From a virus (Duplodnaviria > Heunggongvirae > Uroviricota > Caudoviricetes): a stretch of 48,235 nt of DNA. The notes under the pieces were generated by a model that had not been told where the DNA came from, did no database searches, and worked only from the letters and a program-made list of their open reading frames with translations. The DNA lies in the IMG/VR virus record IMGVR_UViG_3300028805_000076, positions 72,165 to 120,399 of that record; one strand, 5' to 3'. How positions within the stretch are numbered: the first letter of the stretch is position 1; every line of letters begins with the position of its first letter. The position numbers and the translations under genes are program-made. Below, piece after piece: positions 41,956 to 48,235 of the stretch.

Positions 41956-44787
41956 ATGGTATATATTAGAAAATTTGGCACCACAGCAGAATTTATTGCT
42001 GAAAAAGATAATTTGGCAAGACCTAACATATCATTTGTAGAAGAAGTTAATGATATTTATGCGTTGAAAATGCCTATTTGTAAGTTAAAGTTGAATGATA
42101 ATTCAGTTGTTGAACTTTTTGGTAATGGGCAATTAACACAATCAATGATACAGCCATATAAAGATACTGTTGTTTCGGCTGCAACAACAAATTTATGCAA
42201 TAGTATTGGTGGTTATGCTTTCCAAGGATGCGCAAACTTAAAGGATGTAACAATACCATATGGAAGTACAAGTTTGAGTAACGCTTATGCTGCCTTTTCT
42301 GGATGTAGTTCGTTAAGTAGCGTAACACTACCTCAATCTTCTTCCACTAATGGTATACCACCATATATGTTTTGTGACTGTTCATCATTAACTAGTATTG
42401 CATTACCTTTGGGTGTAACTCAAATTAATAATTGTGCATTTCAAAACTGTAGTGGTTTAACAAGTGTTGTTTTACCACAAAGTTTACAAACAATTGTTTA
42501 TTCTGCATTCACATCTTGTGTTAATTTACAAAGCATCGATATTCCTCTTGGAGTAACAGCAATTGTTGATTATGCCTTTTATAATTGTACATCATTAACA
42601 AGTCTAACATTGCCAAATAGTGTAGCATATGTTGGAAGTTATGCCTTTTATAATTGTAGCGGTTTAACAGAAATCACAATTGGAAATGGAGTTAGACAAA
42701 CAGGTAATTTATCGTTCGGAGGTTGTAGTGCAGTTACTAGTTTAACTGTTGGAACTGGAATGAAAACAGCATTTAATATTCAAGTTTTTCCTAACTTAAC
42801 AACATTGAATTATAACTCTGCAAGTTTACCATTTTTACGAAATAGTAAAGTAAACACGTTAACATTAGGAGGTAATGTAACAAGTATTGGTAATACAGCA
42901 TTCAGTGGATGTTCGGCATTAACAAATGTAACCCTACTAGATAGTGTTACAAGTATTGGTGCAAGTGCATTTACTTATTGTAGTGGTTTAACAATCATAA
43001 ATTTAGGTAGTGGTGTTACAAGTATTGGAAATTATGCATTTTATTATTGCCGTGGGTTGACAAGCATAGAAATACCAGATAATGTTACAAGTATTGGTGA
43101 TTATGCTTTCTATAGTTGTAGTGGTTTAACAAGTTTAGATTTAGGCAATGGTGTTACAAGTATTGGTAGGGAGGCTTTCGATAGTTGTAAATCATTAACA
43201 AGTATAACCATACCAGATAGTGTTACAACTATTGGTGATAGAGCTTTCTATAGTTGTAGTGGATTAACAAATGTATCTGTTGGTAGTGGAGCTACAAGTA
43301 TTGGTAGTTATTCATTTTATTATTGTAGCTGTGTTGAACATTTGTTTTATAATGCAAAAAATGTTCCATCTAACTTATGGTATTTTAACAACAATTTAAA
43401 AACAATAACATTCGGAGATAATGTTGAAAACATTGGCGATAGAGCTTTCCATAGTTATAGCTCTTATCAAAGCGTATTATCAAGCGTAACTTTTGGAAAT
43501 GGGCTAAAAACAATTGGAGACGATTCTTTTGGTATGTGTCCAAAATTAGTAACTATTACAATACCAAGTGGAGTAACAAGTATTGGTGCTAGTGCATTTA
43601 CTTCTTGCAGTGGTTTAACAAGCATAGAAATACAAGATAGTGTTACAAGTATTGGTAATTGTGCGTTCTCTGGTTGTACTTCATTAACAAGTTTAGATTT
43701 AGGAAATGGTGCTACAAGTATTGGTTATACTGCATTTGAAAATTGTAGTGGATTAACAAGCGTTACAATACCTAACAGTGTTACAAGTATTGGTAGTGGT
43801 GCTTTTCATAATTGTTATGGATTAACAAGTATTACAATTCCAAATAGTGTTACAAGTATTGGTGATGGTGCTTTCAATACTTGTACATCATTAACAAGTG
43901 TAACAATAGGAAATAGTGTTACAAGTATTGGTAGGGATGCTTTCGTTAGTTGTAAATCATTAACAAGTATAACCATACCAGATAGTGTTACAAGTATTGG
44001 GGGTTATGCTTTTGGATATTGTAGTGGTTTAACAAGCATAGAAATACCAGATAGTGTTACAACTATTGATTATATGGCATTTGCAAATTGCTATTCATTG
44101 TCAAGTGTAACTATTGGAAGTGGAGTTAATAGTATTGGTAATTATATTTTCGCGCAGTGTAGCGGTTTAACAAATATTGTTGTTAGCATAAATAATGCAA
44201 AATATGATTCAAGAAATAATTGCAATGCAATAATAGAAACAGCAACAAATACTCTGTTATTTGGTTGTAATAATACTAACATACCAAATAATGTTACAAG
44301 CATTGGGGGTTATGCTTTCAGTGGTTTTACATTATTGTCAAGTATAGCAATCCCTGATAGTGTTACAAGTATTGGTGATTATGCTTTCTATAGTTGTAGT
44401 GGATTAACAAGTATAGATTTAGGCAATGGTCTTACAAGTATTGGTGCAAGTGCATTTACTTCTTGTAGTGGTTTAACAAGCATAGAAATACCTGATAATG
44501 TTACAAGTATTGGTAATTCTGCTTTCGAGAATTGTACAAGTTTGATTAGCATATCTTTTGGAAATGGTTTAACTAATCTAGGTTATGGGGTTTTAAGACG
44601 TTGTAGTAATTTGGCAAGTATTACATCATTAGCAACAACTGCACCAACAATATCAATGACCACATTTGTAGGCATTGTACAAAATGGTACATTATATGTT
44701 CCAAGTGGAAGTAGTGGATACGATAATTGGATGCAGAATGCAAACTATTATTTAGGAAAATATAATTGGACTAAGGTAGAGCAATAA
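41956..44787 (+). CDS. BspA-type leucine-rich repeat (LRR_5) protein, probable adhesin or receptor-binding protein
   Basis: About 30 repeats of roughly 23 aa with consensus CSGLTSITIPDSVTSIGxxAFxx. Confidence 0.93.
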   Translation: MVYIRKFGTTAEFIAEKDNLARPNISFVEEVNDIYALKMPICKLKLNDNSVVELFGNGQLTQSMIQPYKDTVVSAATTNLCNSIGGYAFQGCANLKDVTIPYGSTSLSNAYAAFSGCSSLSSVTLPQSSSTNGIPPYMFCDCSSLTSIALPLGVTQINNCAFQNCSGLTSVVLPQSLQTIVYSAFTSCVNLQSIDIPLGVTAIVDYAFYNCTSLTSLTLPNSVAYVGSYAFYNCSGLTEITIGNGVRQTGNLSFGGCSAVTSLTVGTGMKTAFNIQVFPNLTTLNYNSASLPFLRNSKVNTLTLGGNVTSIGNTAFSGCSALTNVTLLDSVTSIGASAFTYCSGLTIINLGSGVTSIGNYAFYYCRGLTSIEIPDNVTSIGDYAFYSCSGLTSLDLGNGVTSIGREAFDSCKSLTSITIPDSVTTIGDRAFYSCSGLTNVSVGSGATSIGSYSFYYCSCVEHLFYNAKNVPSNLWYFNNNLKTITFGDNVENIGDRAFHSYSSYQSVLSSVTFGNGLKTIGDDSFGMCPKLVTITIPSGVTSIGASAFTSCSGLTSIEIQDSVTSIGNCAFSGCTSLTSLDLGNGATSIGYTAFENCSGLTSVTIPNSVTSIGSGAFHNCYGLTSITIPNSVTSIGDGAFNTCTSLTSVTIGNSVTSIGRDAFVSCKSLTSITIPDSVTSIGGYAFGYCSGLTSIEIPDSVTTIDYMAFANCYSLSSVTIGSGVNSIGNYIFAQCSGLTNIVVSINNAKYDSRNNCNAIIETATNTLLFGCNNTNIPNNVTSIGGYAFSGFTLLSSIAIPDSVTSIGDYAFYSCSGLTSIDLGNGLTSIGASAFTSCSGLTSIEIPDNVTSIGNSAFENCTSLISISFGNGLTNLGYGVLRRCSNLASITSLATTAPTISMTTFVGIVQNGTLYVPSGSSGYDNWMQNANYYLGKYNWTKVEQ
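42880..44540 (+). repeat. Degenerate ~69-bp coding tandem repeats with near-identical internal duplications
   Basis: Recurrent gtgttacaagtattggt. Near-identical blocks at ~43151-43229 vs ~43917-43990 and ~43083-43150 vs ~44361-44430. Confidence 0.85.
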
Positions 44788-44797
44788 CATAAACAAT

Positions 44798-44843
44798 AAT
44801 AAAGCCAAATACAAGCAATAAAACACTTGTATTTGGCTTTATT
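44798..44843 (+). terminator. Intrinsic terminator
   Basis: Perfect 18-bp inverted repeat aataaagccaaatacaag / cttgtatttggctttatt. Confidence 0.85.
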
Positions 44844-44953
44844 TTCACTCTGTAAGCGTTTTATCAATTCAGACAATAAAAGCATACAGCACGCAATAAA
44901 ATGCAATATGTGAAAGAAAAAATGATTTATTAACATTTATTAACAATAATAAT

Positions 44954-44986
44954 TTTGGAGATAAGAAAAAATCAACTATCTTTGCA
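44954..44986 (+). promoter_or_regulatory. Bacteroidota primary-sigma promoter
   Basis: TTTG (44954-44957), 19-nt spacer, TATCTTTG (44977-44984) then CA, followed by an A-rich leader without SD to ATG45024. Confidence 0.85.
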
Positions 44987-45023
44987 TCGTAAAAATTAAA
45001 CAAACAAATAAAAACAAACAATT

Positions 45024-45833
45024 ATGTTTATTACTTTTAAAATTTCAGACAAAGATTGTATCGTTCTTACACTTTCAAGAAAAGACCGATTTGTTGTATT
45101 TTTCACAGACAAGGACGGAAAATTCAAGTTCAATTTGATTGATGAAAACAAAAACCTTCTGTGTGATACTTGGTATGACAAGATGAACGATTTCGAAAAT
45201 GGTTATGCTGTAGTTTCGTTGGGTGGTAAATACAATTACATCAACTATGATGGGAAGTTGCTTCTAAATGAATTTGTTGCTCATGCAAAATCGTTTGAGT
45301 TTGGCATTGCAATAGTTACAAAAAACAATGGCAAAGACAATATCATCAGCACAAATGGAAAATATTTGCTTGGTGATGATTTCGATGGCATCGAAGATTT
45401 TGATTCCAACAAATTGTCAATTGTGATTAAAAACGGAAAATACAACCTCCTTGACACCAAAGGAAATCTTGTGCTTGACGAATGGTATTATACTTTATCA
45501 CAGTCTCGTGACAAAAGCGACATTTATTATGTGACTCGTCGTAAGACCACCGATAAGTTTGAGGAAAACCTATTCGATGCAAAAAGCAAAAAATTCGTTT
45601 CAGACTTGTGGTTTGACATAATTTTGGGCAATTCATATAAGGGTATTTTTACTGTGGTAAAAAATATTGATGGAACAGAAAAAAGAAATTTCATTTCCTT
45701 ATCAAAAGGAAACCTTCTTTCAGATGTTTGGTTTGACAAGACATCCTATTTCGTTTATGACCGCGCTTCTGTAGTGGTAAACGGAGAACCAAAAATCATA
45801 GACACAAATGGAAATTTCGTATTCATACAATAA
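45024..45833 (+). CDS. WG-repeat (WG_beta_rep) protein
   Basis: Repeats such as DFENGYAVV..GGKYNYINYDGKLL, FEFGIAIV...GKDNIISTNGKYL, GKYNLLDTKGNLV. Confidence 0.85.
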   Translation: MFITFKISDKDCIVLTLSRKDRFVVFFTDKDGKFKFNLIDENKNLLCDTWYDKMNDFENGYAVVSLGGKYNYINYDGKLLLNEFVAHAKSFEFGIAIVTKNNGKDNIISTNGKYLLGDDFDGIEDFDSNKLSIVIKNGKYNLLDTKGNLVLDEWYYTLSQSRDKSDIYYVTRRKTTDKFEENLFDAKSKKFVSDLWFDIILGNSYKGIFTVVKNIDGTEKRNFISLSKGNLLSDVWFDKTSYFVYDRASVVVNGEPKIIDTNGNFVFIQ

Positions 45834-45838
45834 ATAAC

Positions 45839-45885
45839 AAATAAATGCCAAGCAATGTGAAATTTGCTTGGCATTTATTTTTTTT
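45839..45885. terminator. Bidirectional intrinsic terminator
   Basis: 17-bp inverted repeat aaataaatgccaagcaa / ttgcttggcatttattt. Confidence 0.9.
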
Positions 45886-45891
45886 AACAAA

Positions 45892-46803
45892 TCATTCAGC
45901 ATCAACAACAGTCCAACCATTTGGAATACCACTATCACCACTTGGCAATGTTGTCATTGATTGTGATTTAACAAACGTTCCACTTTCTGCAACACCAGAA
46001 ACCCAACCATTTAATCCGCTTGTAACACCTTTTGTTGCAAGCATTGTAATATTCTTGAGATTGGTGCAGTTTTTGAACATACTTGCATAACACATACTTA
46101 CTAATTCGTCTGCGTGTAGAATAGGGCTACTTTCAAGTGATACACATCCATTGAACATACTTGAATAGCACATACTTTCCATTGTAATTGCTGGTAGTTG
46201 TGGTGCTTTTTTCAACAATGTTGCCTCTTTAAACATTGCCATATACATAGTAAAGCATGTCTTTGAAGGTAAAATCAGATTTTCTGCACTAACCAAATTT
46301 GAACCTTTGAAAATCTCATAATAAGTGTACCTCGAAATGCTCAAAATTGGGGTTAATTTTTCTGAATTATTGAAATCATCCTCAAGGAACAATGACATTA
46401 TATTTCCATTAATTTCAAACAAGGCAGTACCTCCGATAAATTTGCCTATCCCCAATTGTTTCGAATACGCAATATTGTCTGAATAATCTTCTTGCATTTT
46501 ACCTTTCAATCTAATAGAGTCATTAGCGTTTACATTCAGATTTAGATTGTTTGTCGGTTCTTGCCACTCGCCGTTATTTATTGAATATGATACTGCATTT
46601 GATTTACCTTCTTCCAATTCTTCATTGGCTTTAAATACAAATGTTCCATCAGTTAAAAGTACAACTGTGAAATAATCTTTGGAGTAATCATGTTTCATTT
46701 CTTTCACGTAGAATGTGTCATCTTCTTCAACAAATGAAATGTAATTATAGTCATATTCTATAGAAGGTTCATCACTTGTTAAGAAATATTTTAGATACTT
46801 CAT
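45892..46803 (-). CDS. LRR-like repeat protein (AP.LPA..CY..MF..C repeats), probable virion surface protein
   Basis: LILPSKTCFTMYMAMF, APQLPAITMESMCYSSMFNGC, SPILHADELVSMCYASMFKNC; C-terminal GVAESGTFVK...SGIPNGW. Confidence 0.7.
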   Translation of the reverse strand: MKYLKYFLTSDEPSIEYDYNYISFVEEDDTFYVKEMKHDYSKDYFTVVLLTDGTFVFKANEELEEGKSNAVSYSINNGEWQEPTNNLNLNVNANDSIRLKGKMQEDYSDNIAYSKQLGIGKFIGGTALFEINGNIMSLFLEDDFNNSEKLTPILSISRYTYYEIFKGSNLVSAENLILPSKTCFTMYMAMFKEATLLKKAPQLPAITMESMCYSSMFNGCVSLESSPILHADELVSMCYASMFKNCTNLKNITMLATKGVTSGLNGWVSGVAESGTFVKSQSMTTLPSGDSGIPNGWTVVDAE

Positions 46804-46826
46804 ATTAAATATTTTTTTTTATTATG

Positions 46827-47357
46827 TTATATATCCACAACAACTTTTTCTGGATAACCTATAGTAAAATCATAATTTTCAACTTCTTCTATTGTTTGCA
46901 ATTGTCTTACATTCATAATATGTCTGTTTGTGACATTGAAAGCACCAATTGCATATAATTCAAGTGCATTCAAAAACTCTTTGATTGTTTGAATTGGTAA
47001 AGTCATTGGGATTCCTTCAAACCAAACAGTATATTCTGTTCCACCGTTTTGTTCAACAACATCAATTGCGTGTAGAAGTGCAACTCTTGTGTTTCTGTCA
47101 ATCCATCCGCTAATTCCGTTAATTGTGAAAGAATTAACTTGGTCAGAAGTGTCATATTCGTTTATATCAGAAATTTTATTCGAAATGACATCTTTCAATG
47201 ATGGAACATATGGTTCTATTTCTGGTTCTACCCATTCTTGATAACCAGCCTCAATAAGTTGTTCTTCTGTTGGGTTGAAAATTCTCATGTCACCGACAAC
47301 AATATTTTTTCTAGCAAAAATAACTTGACCGTCAACAACTTTATAATATTTTTTCAT
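46827..47357 (-). CDS. DUF4376-family protein (tail-fibre-associated)
   Basis: KISDINEYDTSDQVNSFTING...WIDRNTR...LELYA...FNVT..H...V..L...EEV..YDF..GYPE pattern. Confidence 0.7.
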   Translation of the reverse strand: MKKYYKVVDGQVIFARKNIVVGDMRIFNPTEEQLIEAGYQEWVEPEIEPYVPSLKDVISNKISDINEYDTSDQVNSFTINGISGWIDRNTRVALLHAIDVVEQNGGTEYTVWFEGIPMTLPIQTIKEFLNALELYAIGAFNVTNRHIMNVRQLQTIEEVENYDFTIGYPEKVVVDI

Positions 47358-47383
47358 ATAATTTTATTTTATCTATTTTATTT

Positions 47384-48175
47384 TTATATTTCTGGGTCAA
47401 CTAGACGAACTTCCCATTTGGTTGGTATTCCATTTACCCCTCTAACGTTCCAAGTTGCATTCTTGTTTTTATCAAATGTACCATTTGCAGAAACCCCAGT
47501 ACACCATTGGTTCAATGGTTTGTCAGTTTCTTTTGTAATGTTTGTCAAATCGACAGCTAACATTTTTATATAGTTTAGTTTTGAACATCCATTAAACATA
47601 TTTTTGTAGCTTCCTTGAAATAGTACCAATGCTTGCAATAGTGGTGCTGAAACTAATTCTGAACAACTTTTGAACATTGAATTAAAACAGTCTTTTACTG
47701 CATTTGGAGGCATTATTAATTTGTCTGCGTGTGTTATTTTTGTTGCTTCAAACAATGTTCTGAATGAAAATTCTGTCCCGTCATCCAAACGTGTGTTTTT
47801 ATCTGCAAATGCACCCTTTAATAATGTCATTATTAATCCGCTAACACTGAATTTTTTTGTATTGTTCTTTATTTGTGTATAGTCATCTTTAGTTGTATAA
47901 TAATATCCCATAGACACGCCATTTCCTCTCATAATAATGCTTTCGTTTGTGTTGATTGGTGGCATTTCAATGGTTACTGTTTGATTATTTATATTATTTG
48001 TTCTCACCCACGTTTCTCCATCGTCAGTTGAATATTCAACCCAAACAAGTAGCGATGTTGAAACGTTTTTCCCAATTATCATTCTAAAAACAACATTGTC
48101 TTCTTCAGCTGTCAATCTGAAATAATTAGTGTGTTTAATTTTAACGTGTGGCACAAATCTTCTTGTTCTACTCAT
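47384..48175 (-). CDS. LRR-like repeat protein, paralogue of 45892-46803
   Basis: CFNSMFKSCSELVSAPLL...YKNMFNGCSKL...GVSANGTF..N...GIPTKW. ATG at 48175. Confidence 0.7.
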   Translation of the reverse strand: MSRTRRFVPHVKIKHTNYFRLTAEEDNVVFRMIIGKNVSTSLLVWVEYSTDDGETWVRTNNINNQTVTIEMPPINTNESIIMRGNGVSMGYYYTTKDDYTQIKNNTKKFSVSGLIMTLLKGAFADKNTRLDDGTEFSFRTLFEATKITHADKLIMPPNAVKDCFNSMFKSCSELVSAPLLQALVLFQGSYKNMFNGCSKLNYIKMLAVDLTNITKETDKPLNQWCTGVSANGTFDKNKNATWNVRGVNGIPTKWEVRLVDPEI

Positions 48176-48235
48176 TTCTAACAAATGTTTTATTAATTAT
48201 GTTTGTTGTAATGCTGCTAATTTTGATTCAATGTA

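Noticed and set aside
42880-44540. CRISPR array or DGR variable/template repeats
   Set aside because: The ~69-bp period matches 23-aa LRR units, there is no RT gene, and differences are not adenine-specific.
1-48235. Stop-codon reassignment (TAG or TGA recoding, as in some large gut phages)
   Set aside because: All conserved enzymes are full length under the standard code, TGA is used as a stop in several ATGA overlaps, and clpC ends at TAG.
1-48235. tRNA, rRNA or tmRNA genes
   Set aside because: No cloverleaf or T-loop GTTCRA context was found in the short intergenic gaps by eye; tRNAscan or ARAGORN would confirm.

Overview
This is a 48-kb, AT-rich (roughly 30% GC by eye) segment of a large T4-like tailed phage genome. 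It uses the standard genetic code. The host is most likely Bacteroidota: there are two exact TTTG-N19/20-TAnnTTTG promoters, a Gln+1 signal peptide, and WG-repeat, DUF4376 and BspA-type LRR genes. The window holds replication and nucleotide genes (family B DNA polymerase, UvrD-like helicase, dNMP kinase, thioredoxin, ThyA), head morphogenesis genes (terminase large subunit, portal, neck, acidic core-like proteins), a Clp ATPase, and a block of LRR/adhesin-type genes. Main highlights: (1) the polymerase is fractured at catalytic motif C by a Ser1/Thr+1 split intein, with an out-of-frame homing endonuclease between the halves; (2) the portal carries two inteins, one starting with Pro and having a block-F Cys; (3) an A-AAA-AAG -1 frameshift site joins an acidic head-type protein to the next ORF; (4) an orphan TnpB omegaRNA-like remnant sits in the 3' UTR of an HTH gene; (5) a small ArfA-like basic ORF has its stop codon beyond an intrinsic terminator; (6) late-promoter genes with a shared (I/L/V)xE motif encode ADP-ribosyltransferase-like, ArdC-like and SAM-lyase-like domains, which are candidate virion-injected anti-defence effectors. 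All family assignments come from motif recognition by eye; no database search was run.
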